A DNA stretch of 24,129 nucleotides, from positions 1 to 24,129 of the IMG/VR virus record IMGVR_UViG_3300017649_000017; one strand, given 5' to 3'. Shown here one piece after another: positions 1 through 8,549 of this stretch; the first letter of the stretch is position 1, and every line of letters begins with the position of its first letter. The notes beneath the pieces were generated by a model. It did not search any database and was not told where the DNA came from. It saw nothing but the letters and a program-made list of their open reading frames with translations. The stretch is from a virus. Its lineage: Duplodnaviria; Caudoviricetes. A program made the position numbers and the translations under genes.

Positions 1-516
1 CGGGAGGCGCGCCGCGAGCTGGCCACCGTCTTCCGTGATGTCGCGCTGGCGCACGAAGGCCAGATCGAGGACATGCCCATGCGGCAGTTCGACCTGCTCG
101 GCTTTGCGACCTCCAAGATGCTCGACCGCCTCAAACGTGACCGGGTCGCAGGCATCGACGACATCTCGATCCTGCAGATCACGGTGGCCAAGCCGTTCGA
201 GCAGACCTCAGAGTACGGCGGACGTGATGTGGTGCGGCAACTCTCCAGCAAAATGCAAATCACCCGCGACCGGCGCGACGGCCGCAACATCTATCAGGTT
301 GCTTATGAGGATTACTGCGCCGAAGACCTGAGCCAGTACGCGCTCGTGCAGGTGAAGTTGGTCATGAGGATGTCCAAGACGCCGCACCGCAAGGCGCACA
401 ACGTCGCGGTCCAGATCACCGCACCGAACGGGCTGAACGACAAGAGCAGGACGGACGACGACCGCAAGCGCGTGCAGGAACAGCTCATCAAGATCGGCGT
501 GCTGAGCCAGTTCTGA
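1..516 (+). CDS. Hypothetical protein, 5'-truncated
   Basis: Frame of ORF 73..516 is open from base 1 (REARRELATVFRDVALAHEGQIEDMPMRQF...); GC-rich third codon positions; stop followed by the SD of the next gene. Confidence 0.75.
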   Translation, partial: REARRELATVFRDVALAHEGQIEDMPMRQFDLLGFATSKMLDRLKRDRVAGIDDISILQITVAKPFEQTSEYGGRDVVRQLSSKMQITRDRRDGRNIYQVAYEDYCAEDLSQYALVQVKLVMRMSKTPHRKAHNVAVQITAPNGLNDKSRTDDDRKRVQEQLIKIGVLSQF

Positions 517-527
517 GGAGGACGCCG

Positions 528-1466
528 ATGACGTCGCCGTATTTGAGCTTCTTCCTCGCGCTAGACAACCTTCCACGGCTCGATGCATCAGTGCTGGCTG
601 ACAGGCTCGGGCGCGACTACCAGCAGTTTCTTCAGCGGCGCTGGGTCGTGCCCGCAGGCCATCTCACCCATGTGATGGTGCCGTTTCTCGATTCCGAACA
701 GGAAGTCGAAATCGATGTAGACGAGGACGCCGGTCGCTACAGCTACTGCAGTCCGCTGAACGGCAGAACCATCGTCCAACCGCTGGCGGGGATTGCCCTC
801 TATTCCATCCAGATGGATTCCTGGCTCGCAGATCTGGCGGCGCTGATCGGCATTGAGGAGCGGCGACGCTCTAACCAGATCTGCCGGACACCGAATCACC
901 TGTGGCACCTCGGTGAGCAGCGAATCGCTGGCACGCACGATTTCGCACCGGTGTTCGTTGCCCGAGCATGGTCACGCGCGCCGCAGGACAAGATCACCGC
1001 AGTCCTTGCCGACGCCGTGTGGCCGCGTGGTGGCGTTGTTCTGTGCCCAAGGCGAACCAATGCCTCGCTGCCACGTGACCACACGATGCGCGGCTTCGAT
1101 GAGTTCGTCCGCGTGACCGATGGCGCAGATGCGTTCGACACCGATGCCTTTGATCGTGTCCTGCGCGGCTACGCAACCAACGTGGGTGAGCCGGAGCCGG
1201 TGCAATTCTTCAATGGCAAGCGGCTCAAGCTCCCGCACATGGCGTCGTCCATCGAACTCACCGAAGCGCGCGCCAAGATCATCAAGCTGATGTGGGGGAC
1301 CGAAGGAAGTGCCCCGCCCGTGATGTCGTGGAAAGAGGTGAATGGTTCCGTCACCGTCAACACCGGCTTCCAATCCTTCGACGATGCCTTCGGCGACAAA
1401 GTAGCGCGTGAGGAGGTGATTGAGCTGGTTTCGCGCGGGAAATACCGGGTGAGGCGCAACACATAA
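528..1466 (+). CDS. Hypothetical protein (312 aa), possible C-terminal winged-helix DNA-binding domain
   Basis: GAGGAGG SD just upstream; C-terminus (IELTEARAKIIKLMW...SWKEV...IELVSRGKYRV) has an OmpR/Trans_reg_C-like pattern (inference). Confidence 0.75.
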   Translation: MTSPYLSFFLALDNLPRLDASVLADRLGRDYQQFLQRRWVVPAGHLTHVMVPFLDSEQEVEIDVDEDAGRYSYCSPLNGRTIVQPLAGIALYSIQMDSWLADLAALIGIEERRRSNQICRTPNHLWHLGEQRIAGTHDFAPVFVARAWSRAPQDKITAVLADAVWPRGGVVLCPRRTNASLPRDHTMRGFDEFVRVTDGADAFDTDAFDRVLRGYATNVGEPEPVQFFNGKRLKLPHMASSIELTEARAKIIKLMWGTEGSAPPVMSWKEVNGSVTVNTGFQSFDDAFGDKVAREEVIELVSRGKYRVRRNT

Positions 1467-1503
1467 ACGCACCCATAAATCGAACCAGACACGGCCCATA
1501 AAC
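1462..1503 (+). repeat. Four phased hexamer direct repeats (CATAAA, CATAAA, CAGACA, CATAAA), putative regulator-binding site
   Basis: Copies start at 1462, 1474, 1486, 1497 (12, 12, 11 bp period), upstream of the early operon. Confidence 0.6.
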
Positions 1504-1551
1504 CCGTGCGGAGACTGCGATGTGCCCATTTCATACAGGAGGCACATCGAA

Positions 1552-1809
1552 ATGCAAACCCACTTCACCAACGCAACATCTGGCCTGATCCCGGCCAAAA
1601 CCGGTGCGCCACAGCGCATCGCCCTTGACGAAAACGAGCTGGCCATCCGCTGGGGGCTCTCCGTCAAAACCCTGCGCCGCTGGCGGCAGGAACAACTCGG
1701 CCCGGTCTTCTGCAAGCTCGGTTCGCGTGTCACCTACCTGATCTCCGAAGTCGAGGCCTTCGAGCGTCGCGTGTCGCGGCACTCGACCTTCACTCGCGCG
1801 TACCAGTGA
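1552..1809 (+). CDS. AlpA/excisionase-like helix-turn-helix DNA-binding protein (85 aa)
   Basis: AGGAGG at 1537-1542; LDENELAIRWGLSVKTLRRWRQEQLGPVFCKLGSRVTY is a typical HTH_17/AlpA pattern. Confidence 0.85.
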   Translation: MQTHFTNATSGLIPAKTGAPQRIALDENELAIRWGLSVKTLRRWRQEQLGPVFCKLGSRVTYLISEVEAFERRVSRHSTFTRAYQ

Positions 1810-1820
1810 GGAGAGCGGCC

Positions 1821-2303
1821 ATGAGCGATCTGACCATCTTTCCCGCCGACCTCGCTGCCATGAGCACCGCCCAGTTGGTGGCGCTGCCGATCACCGATTT
1901 CGTTGCTGCCGAGCGCAATGTCGACGAGGCATCTGCTTACCTCAAGCAGCTGCGCGCCAAGCTGGATGCCGCCAAGCTCCAGCGCTACGGCGAGCAGGCC
2001 CGTAGCGCGCTGCGGGATTCCGGCCGCGACTTCGGCACCGCCCACGTCAGCGACGGTGCGCTGCACGTCAAGTACGAGCTCCCCAAAAAGGTGACCTGGA
2101 GCCAGACCATCCTCAAGGAGATGGCCGAGCGCATCGTCGCCTCGGGCGACAAGGTTGAGGACTACATCGACATCAAGTTGTCGGTGTCCGAGTCCCGCTA
2201 CACCAACTGGCCCACGGCGCTGCAGGAGCAATTTGCGGCTGCGCGCACAGTCGAGGAAGGCAAGCCGAGCATCACCCTGACGCTCGATGGGGGGGCCGCA
2301 TGA
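1821..2303 (+). CDS. Conserved phage hypothetical protein (160 aa)
   Basis: GAGGAG SD before ATG 1821; ATGA overlap with next gene; typical codon bias. Confidence 0.8.
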   Translation: MSDLTIFPADLAAMSTAQLVALPITDFVAAERNVDEASAYLKQLRAKLDAAKLQRYGEQARSALRDSGRDFGTAHVSDGALHVKYELPKKVTWSQTILKEMAERIVASGDKVEDYIDIKLSVSESRYTNWPTALQEQFAAARTVEEGKPSITLTLDGGAA

Positions 2304-3148
2304 AGAAGCTCCCCATCGTGTCCGCCATCGAGCGCATGGCTGAACGCAAGGGCGTGAAGCTGCTGATGCTGGGAAAGTCCGGCATCGGAAAAACCACGCG
2401 GCTCAAGGACCTCGACCCAGCCACCACTCTGTTCCTCGACATCGAGGCCGGTGACTTGGCGGTGGCTGACTGGCCCGGCGACACCATCCGCCCGGCATCC
2501 TGGCCGGAAAGCCGCGACTTCTTCGTGTTCCTCGCGGGCCCGGACAAGTCGCTGCCGCCGGACGCCGCGTTCTCGCAGGCGCACTACGACCACGTCATCG
2601 AGAAGTTTGGCGATCCGTCGCAGCTCGACCGCTACCAGACCTTCTTTCTGGACTCGATCACCCAGCTGTCCCGCCAGTGCTTTGCGTGGTGCAAGACGCA
2701 GCCCGGCGCGACCAGCGACCGCTCTGGCAAGCCTGATCTGCGCGCGGCCTACGGGCTGCTCGGCCAGGAAATGATCAGCGCATTGACCCACTTGCAGCAC
2801 GCACGCGGCAAGAACGTGGTGTTCGTTGCGATCCTCGACGAGCGGCTCGATGACTACAACCGCAAGGTGTTCGTCCCGCAGATCGAAGGCAGCAAGACCA
2901 GCCTGGAACTGCCCGGCATCGTCGACGAGGTCGTGACGCTGGCCGAGATCAAGGCCGAGGACGGCAGCACCTACCGCGCCTTCGTCACCCATACCGTCAA
3001 TCCCTACGGCTTTCCGGCCAAAGACCGCAGCGGTCGCCTCGACCTGCTGGAGCCGCCGCATCTCGGCGCGCTGATCGCCAAGTGCGCAGGCGCTTCCGCC
3101 GTGCCTGCCAGCGCCGCCACCCCCGCACACATCGAATCTCAGGAGTAA
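2300..3148 (+). CDS. Phage AAA-family ATPase (AAA_24 / Sak4-like recombination protein)
   Basis: Walker A GKSGIGKT, Walker B FFLDSIT, C-terminal AKDRSG motif; followed by an SSB-like gene. Confidence 0.85.
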   Translation: MKKLPIVSAIERMAERKGVKLLMLGKSGIGKTTRLKDLDPATTLFLDIEAGDLAVADWPGDTIRPASWPESRDFFVFLAGPDKSLPPDAAFSQAHYDHVIEKFGDPSQLDRYQTFFLDSITQLSRQCFAWCKTQPGATSDRSGKPDLRAAYGLLGQEMISALTHLQHARGKNVVFVAILDERLDDYNRKVFVPQIEGSKTSLELPGIVDEVVTLAEIKAEDGSTYRAFVTHTVNPYGFPAKDRSGRLDLLEPPHLGALIAKCAGASAVPASAATPAHIESQE

Positions 3149-3153
3149 TCGCA

Positions 3154-3777
3154 ATGACCGCATGGAATGACTTCAACGACGCCGACGCCCAGCAATCCGG
3201 CTTTGATCTGATCCCCAAGGGCACCGTTGTCCCGGTGCGCATGACCCTCAAGCCTGGTGGCTATGACGACCCGTCGCAGGGCTGGGGCGGCGGCTACGCC
3301 ACCGAATCTTTCGAGACCGGCTCGATCTACCTTGCCGCCGAATTCGTGGTCACCGCTGGTGACCACGCCAAACGCAAGATGTGGTCGAACATTGGCCTGC
3401 ACTCCAAGAAGGGGCCGACCTGGGGCCAGATGGGGCGCAGCTTCATTCGCGCGGCGCTCAACAGTGCCCGCAACGTTCATCCGCAGGACAACAGCCCACA
3501 GGCTTCTTCTGCGCGCCGCATCCAGGGCTTCCACGAACTGGATGGCCTGGAGTTCCTTGCCCGCGTCGACATCGAGAAGGACGGCAAGGGCCAGGACCGC
3601 AACGTGGTCAAAGTGGCGGTCGAACCCGATCACCCCGACTACGCCAAGTTGATGGGCGTGCCGCCCAAGGCTTCGGGCGGCGGATCTTCCGGGGCTCCGG
3701 CGCAGGCAGCACCCGCGTATCAGGCACCGGCTGCGCAACGCGCACCCGTGACGGGCAAACCGTCGTGGGCGCAGTGA
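3154..3777 (+). CDS. Phage single-stranded DNA-binding-like protein (DUF669-like)
   Basis: AGGAG SD; N-terminal DFNDA..FDLIPKG, beta-rich core, Ala/Pro/Gly linker ending KPSWAQ; position after Sak4-like ATPase. Confidence 0.65.
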   Translation: MTAWNDFNDADAQQSGFDLIPKGTVVPVRMTLKPGGYDDPSQGWGGGYATESFETGSIYLAAEFVVTAGDHAKRKMWSNIGLHSKKGPTWGQMGRSFIRAALNSARNVHPQDNSPQASSARRIQGFHELDGLEFLARVDIEKDGKGQDRNVVKVAVEPDHPDYAKLMGVPPKASGGGSSGAPAQAAPAYQAPAAQRAPVTGKPSWAQ

Positions 3778-3788
3778 GGGAGGTTGCC

Positions 3789-4643
3789 ATGAACGCATCC
3801 ATGCTCACTGCCAGCCACTACGGCGTCGTGCATTTCGGCGATCTCGACTGCGAGGCGGTCGTGCTCACCACCGGCGAGCGCGGCTACGTCCGCAAGGAAC
3901 TGGCCAAGCTCCTCGGTTTTCACGAATCGCACAAGGGTGGCCGTTTCGCCCGTTTTCTGGCTGACATTGCACCTAACTCATTGTCTCTATTGGATAAATC
4001 ATCCGGGCCGATTTTGCTGCCATCGGGACGCCAGACCCAGTTCTTCCCTGCAGGCATCATCGCGGACGTGGCCACCTCCGTGGTGGACGCAGCCATTGCT
4101 GGCACGCTGCACCGCGCACGCCAGGGCATCGTCGGTAACTGCCTGACGATCATGCGCGCTCTTGCCACCACCGGCGAGGTCGCTCTGATCGACGAGGCCA
4201 CTGGCTACCAGCACCACCGCGCACCGGATGCGCTGCAGGAGCTGATCTCCAAGTTGCTGCGCCAGTCCTGCGCATCGTGGGAGCGCCGCTTCCACCCGGA
4301 CTACTACCGCGCCATCTATCGGTTGTTCGGCTGGAAGTACCAGGGCCACGACCAGAACCCTCCGCACGTCGTCGGCCAGATCACGCTGCGCTGGGTCTAC
4401 GGGCCGGTGCTGCCAGAAGACTTGCTGGGCGAGATCCGCAATCGCAAGGGCATCTCGCAGAAGCACCACCAGTGGCTGTCCGATCAGGGACTGGCGCATT
4501 TGGAATCGCAGATTCACGCGGTCACGGCGATTGCGCGCAGCTCGATGAGCTATCCCGACTTCAAGCGCCGCTGCGAGGCCGCCTTTGCTGGCGCTGCCCT
4601 GCAGTTGGGCCTGCTGCTCGATGAACTTGAGGAGGGGGCGTGA
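3789..4643 (+). CDS. P63C domain-containing protein (phage Mx8 p63 C-terminal family)
   Basis: GGGAGG SD; signature ALIDEATGYQ...WERRFHPDYYRAIYRLFGW...VYGPVLP...KHHQWLS. Confidence 0.85.
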   Translation: MNASMLTASHYGVVHFGDLDCEAVVLTTGERGYVRKELAKLLGFHESHKGGRFARFLADIAPNSLSLLDKSSGPILLPSGRQTQFFPAGIIADVATSVVDAAIAGTLHRARQGIVGNCLTIMRALATTGEVALIDEATGYQHHRAPDALQELISKLLRQSCASWERRFHPDYYRAIYRLFGWKYQGHDQNPPHVVGQITLRWVYGPVLPEDLLGEIRNRKGISQKHHQWLSDQGLAHLESQIHAVTAIARSSMSYPDFKRRCEAAFAGAALQLGLLLDELEEGA

Positions 4644-5140
4644 AATGCTGGGTCTGCAAACGACAGGCCCGGGGCTACGGCCACACCGACAACCGCCACG
4701 GTGTGGGCGATCCCCGGCGCTATCCCATCGACTGGGTGTTCTGCTCGCGTCGCTGCCAGGACGCATTTCACGCGCTGTACGGCAACTGGCAGCGGGCCAA
4801 GGAAGGTCGCATCGACAAGACGGAGGTCGCCATGATTGATCCGTCTGATGTCGAACTGGCCGCAATGCGTCATTGCCTCAAGGCCTTCGGCGAGGCAGCG
4901 GGCGAGATCGGCTTCACCAAGCCGCTGGGCGACTACTCCGAAGCCGAAGCTCTGCGGGTGATCGACGCCATCGTCACTTGCTGGTCGGACGCAATGGTCG
5001 CGCACCACGAGTCCAGCAAGTTTCCGCCCGTGCGGGGCTTGCCGCCCACGCCCGATCCGCTGGCACCCGATGCCGCCAATCCGTTCGCGGATCTGGAGGA
5101 CGACCTGCCCTGGGAAGAACCGAAGGGGAAGAAGCCATGA
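4640..5140 (+). CDS. Zn-finger + DUF6511-like protein (166 aa)
   Basis: GTGA overlap start; CWVC and FCSRRC Cys pairs; C-terminal MIDPSDVELAAM...IGFTKPLGDYSEAEAL pattern; acidic DLEDDLPW tail. Confidence 0.75.
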   Translation: MKCWVCKRQARGYGHTDNRHGVGDPRRYPIDWVFCSRRCQDAFHALYGNWQRAKEGRIDKTEVAMIDPSDVELAAMRHCLKAFGEAAGEIGFTKPLGDYSEAEALRVIDAIVTCWSDAMVAHHESSKFPPVRGLPPTPDPLAPDAANPFADLEDDLPWEEPKGKKP

Positions 5141-5871
5141 TGGACTTCAATTCCTCATCGAGCATCGCGGGCCAGGTCACCGCCCTGGTCGACGCCGGTT
5201 TGCAGCAGGCCCGCGCCCGCCAGTCTGAGCGCCAGTACCTCGGGGCCTCGCGCCTCGGAGTGGCCTGCGAGCGCGCGCTGCAGTTCGAGTACGCCAATGC
5301 TCCCATCGACCACGGGCGGGACACCCCGGGCCGGATGCTGCGCATCTTCGAGCGTGGCCATGTCATGGAGGACTGCATGGTCGCGTGGCTGCGGGACGCA
5401 GGTTTTGACTTGCGCACCCGAAAGGCCGACGGCGAGCAGTTCGGCTTCTCGGTGGCCGATGGTCGCCTGCAGGGACACGTCGACGGCGTCGTCGTTGGAG
5501 GCCCTGAGGGCTTCACCTATCCCGCGCTCTGGGAGTGCAAGTGCCTGGGCAACAAGTCCTGGAGCGATCTGGAGAAAAAGGGCTTGGCCGTCTCCAAGCC
5601 CATCTACGCCGCGCAAGTGGCGATTTACCAAGCCTATCTCGAACTGCACGAGCACCCCGCGATCTTCACGGCGCTCAACGCCGACACGATGGAGATCTAC
5701 ACCGAACTCGTGCCCTTTGACGCGGCGCTGGCCCAGCGTATGTCGGATCGGGCGGTGAAGGTCATCACGGCGACCGAGGCTGGCGAACTGCTGCCACGCG
5801 CCTTCGTTGATCCGACCCACTTCGAATGCCGGATGTGCGCGTGGCAAGACCGCTGCTGGAGGACAACATGA
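5137..5871 (+). CDS. PD-(D/E)XK (Cas4/RecB-like) phage exonuclease
   Basis: YLGASRLGVAC, FERGH, GHVDG, WECK, QVAIY motifs plus C-terminal CRMCAWQDRC (1+3 Cys Fe-S arrangement). Confidence 0.85.
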   Translation: MMDFNSSSSIAGQVTALVDAGLQQARARQSERQYLGASRLGVACERALQFEYANAPIDHGRDTPGRMLRIFERGHVMEDCMVAWLRDAGFDLRTRKADGEQFGFSVADGRLQGHVDGVVVGGPEGFTYPALWECKCLGNKSWSDLEKKGLAVSKPIYAAQVAIYQAYLELHEHPAIFTALNADTMEIYTELVPFDAALAQRMSDRAVKVITATEAGELLPRAFVDPTHFECRMCAWQDRCWRTT

Positions 5872-6113
5872 GCAACGACACGCAATTCATCGGAGGTGTC
5901 GAACCAATGATCGACGCCAAGCAGGCCGCTGCCGCACTGCGCCTGCCGTACTACTGGTTCGCCGACCCGCAGATGCGCAGCAAGTACAAGATTCCCCACT
6001 ACCTGATGGGCGGTCTGGTGCGCTATCGGCCATCCGAACTGTCTGCGTGGGCAGCCCGCAGCACCGCCGCGCAAGGGCGCACCGGTGACGCCGATGGTGA
6101 GGAGGCCGAATGA
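5868..6113 (+). CDS. Small excisionase-like HTH protein (81 aa)
   Basis: ATGA coupling at both ends; MIDAKQAAAALRL...KIPHYLMGGLVRYRPSELSAW resembles HTH_17. Confidence 0.7.
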   Translation: MSNDTQFIGGVEPMIDAKQAAAALRLPYYWFADPQMRSKYKIPHYLMGGLVRYRPSELSAWAARSTAAQGRTGDADGEEAE

Positions 6114-8410
6114 CGCTCGACTTCAACGACATCGCGCCACTGCCCGATCCCAACCGCCGCACCCTCAGCGATGCTGAACGCGAAGAACTGCGTGCCGAAC
6201 TGCTCGCGCGTCTTGAATCCGTTCTGATCACATTGTTCCCGGCGGGCAAGAAGCGCCGTGGCAAGTTCCTGATCGGCGACGTGCTGGGTAGTCCAGGCGA
6301 CAGCCTCGAGGTGGTGCTCGATGGCGAGAAGGCTGGACTGTGGACAGATCGCGCCACCGGCGACGGTGGCGACATCTATGCACTGATTGCCGCGCACCTC
6401 GGTATCGACGTGCCGGGCGACTTTCCGCGCGTGCTCGACGCCGCTGCCGATCTGATCGGACGCTCGCGTTCCGCACCAGTACGCAAGGCCAACAAGAAGG
6501 ACGTGCCGGTCGACGAACTCGGCCCCGCTACCGCGAAGTGGGACTATCTCGACGCCCAAGGCCATCTCATCGCCGTCGTCTACCGCTACGACCCGCCCGG
6601 ACAGAAGAAGCAGTTCCGGCCCTGGGACGCGAAGCGGCGCAAGATGGCACCGCCCGACCCGCGTCCGCTCTACAACCAGCCAGGGATGATCAGTACCGCG
6701 CAGGTGGTGCTGGTCGAAGGCGAGAAGTGCGCGCAGGCCCTGATCGATGTGGGCATCGTGGCCACCACGGCGATGCACGGCGCGAACGCTCCGGTCGAAA
6801 AGACCGACTGGTCGCCGCTGTCCGGAAAGGCCGTGCTGATCTGGCCCGACCGCGACAAGCCGGGCTGGGAGTACGCCACGCAGGCGGCACAGGCCATCTT
6901 GTCGGCGGGGGCCAAATCCTGCCACGTCCTCTATCCGCCCGAAGAGGCTGCAGAGGGTTGGGACGTGGCCGATGCCATCGCCGAGGGCTTTGATGTCGCC
7001 ACCTTCCTCACCCACGGGCCGCGCCTGCAGATGCACGACGTGGCCGATGACGTTGATCCAGTCGTCAGCAGCGACGAATCCGTCTGGGGTACGGAGGACG
7101 CGCTGGCGCTGTCCTTCACGCGCCGCTACCACCGCGACTGGCGCTACGTGGCTGGCTGGGGCAAGTGGCTGGTGTGGGACGGGCAACGCTGGCGCACCGA
7201 GGACACGCTGGCGGCCACGGACTTGATCCGCAGCGTCTGCCGCCAGTCGGCTGTGCGCGCCGACAACCCCAAGGTCGCCGCCAAGCTGGCCAGCTCAGGC
7301 ACGGTCAGTGGCGTGGAACGGCTGGCGCGGGCAGACCGCAGGCACGCGGCCACCACCGACGAGTGGGACGCCGATCCGTGGCTGCTCAACACGCCGGGCG
7401 GTGTGGTCGATCTCAGGACGGGACGCAAGCGTTCGCATGAGCGCGCCGACCGAATGACCAAGATCACCACGGCCACGCCGGGAGGCGACTGCCCAACCTG
7501 GTGGCAGTTCATCGACGAAGTGACCGGTGGCGACAAGGAGCTGCAGGCCTATCTGCAGCGAATGGTTGGCTACGCGCTGACCGGCTCGACGCAGGAGCAC
7601 GCGCTGTTCTTCCTGTACGGCACCGGTGCGAACGGCAAGTCGGTGTTCGTGAACACGCTGGCCACCATCCTGGGGGACTACGCCACCAACGCGCCGATGG
7701 ACACCTTCATGGAAACGCGCACCGACCGGCACCCGACAGATATGGCAGGCCTGCGCGGCGCGCGCTTCGTGGCGGCCATCGAAACCGAACAGGGACGGCG
7801 CTGGGCCGAGTCCAAGGTCAAGAACCTCACCGGTGGCGACAAGATCTCCGCGCGCTTCATGCGGCAGGACTTCTTCGAGTTCTTCCCGCAGTTCAAGTTG
7901 TTCGTGGCGGGCAACCACAAACCGGCGATTCGCAACATTGACGAGGCGATGAAGCGGCGACTGCACCTGATCCCGTTCACCATCACCGTACCGCCCGAGC
8001 GCCGCGACAAGCATCTCCAGCAGAAGCTGCTGGCCGAGCGCGACGGCATCTTGGCATGGGCGGTCCAGGGCTGTCTGGACTGGCAGGGCCACGGACGTCT
8101 CGATCCGCCGCAGCGGGTGGTGGAAGCGACCGAGGAGTACTTCGAGGCCGAGGACGCGCTGGGCCGCTGGCTCGATGAGCGCTGCGTGCGCGAGCCCAAC
8201 GCCAAATCGCTGACCGCCGAACTGTTCAACGACTGGAAACAGTGGGCCGAGGCGGCCGGTGAATTCATCGGTGCGCAACGACGCTTCTCCGATCTGCTGA
8301 TCACGCGCGGACTGGAGAAATGGCGTAACGGCATGGGCGTGCGCGGGTTTCAGGGCATTGGCCTCAAGCACCCGCCGACGCCTACCTATACCCCCTACGC
8401 GGACAACTGA
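6110..8410 (+). CDS. P4-family phage primase-helicase (TOPRIM + D5_N + SF3 helicase), 766 aa
   Basis: TOPRIM VLVEGEKCA / WPDRDKPG; D5_N-like WLVWDGQRW and LLNTPGGVVDL; Walker A GTGANGKS; KNLTGGDKISARFMRQDFFEF. Confidence 0.93.
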   Translation: MTLDFNDIAPLPDPNRRTLSDAEREELRAELLARLESVLITLFPAGKKRRGKFLIGDVLGSPGDSLEVVLDGEKAGLWTDRATGDGGDIYALIAAHLGIDVPGDFPRVLDAAADLIGRSRSAPVRKANKKDVPVDELGPATAKWDYLDAQGHLIAVVYRYDPPGQKKQFRPWDAKRRKMAPPDPRPLYNQPGMISTAQVVLVEGEKCAQALIDVGIVATTAMHGANAPVEKTDWSPLSGKAVLIWPDRDKPGWEYATQAAQAILSAGAKSCHVLYPPEEAAEGWDVADAIAEGFDVATFLTHGPRLQMHDVADDVDPVVSSDESVWGTEDALALSFTRRYHRDWRYVAGWGKWLVWDGQRWRTEDTLAATDLIRSVCRQSAVRADNPKVAAKLASSGTVSGVERLARADRRHAATTDEWDADPWLLNTPGGVVDLRTGRKRSHERADRMTKITTATPGGDCPTWWQFIDEVTGGDKELQAYLQRMVGYALTGSTQEHALFFLYGTGANGKSVFVNTLATILGDYATNAPMDTFMETRTDRHPTDMAGLRGARFVAAIETEQGRRWAESKVKNLTGGDKISARFMRQDFFEFFPQFKLFVAGNHKPAIRNIDEAMKRRLHLIPFTITVPPERRDKHLQQKLLAERDGILAWAVQGCLDWQGHGRLDPPQRVVEATEEYFEAEDALGRWLDERCVREPNAKSLTAELFNDWKQWAEAAGEFIGAQRRFSDLLITRGLEKWRNGMGVRGFQGIGLKHPPTPTYTPYADN

Positions 8411-8428
8411 CCCATGAAAACCACGCCG

Positions 8429-8524
8429 TCTGACGCAGCTGACACAGTTTGTCGTAACTCCTACGCGTGCGCGCGTGCGCGCGCCTCATGGAGAGTTTCG
8501 TCACGAAGTGTCAGCTGCGTCAGA
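8429..8524. repeat. Perfect 17-bp inverted repeat around an alternating purine-pyrimidine tract; candidate replication origin
   Basis: TCTGACGCAGCTGACAC (8429-8445) / GTGTCAGCTGCGTCAGA (8508-8524); centre TACGCGTGCGCGCGTGCGCGCGC (8462-8484); directly after the primase. Repeat is certain, origin function is inferred. Confidence 0.75.
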
Positions 8525-8549
8525 TCCGCACCGGATAAGGACTGACACC

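Noticed and set aside
5137-5871. Cas4-like gene as part of a CRISPR-Cas system
   Set aside because: No cas1/cas2 or array; sits in a phage recombination operon
8414-8545. 43-aa ORF MKTTPSDAADTVCRNSYACARARASW... across the inverted repeat
   Set aside because: Atypical codons, no SD, sequence explained by DNA symmetry; cannot be fully excluded
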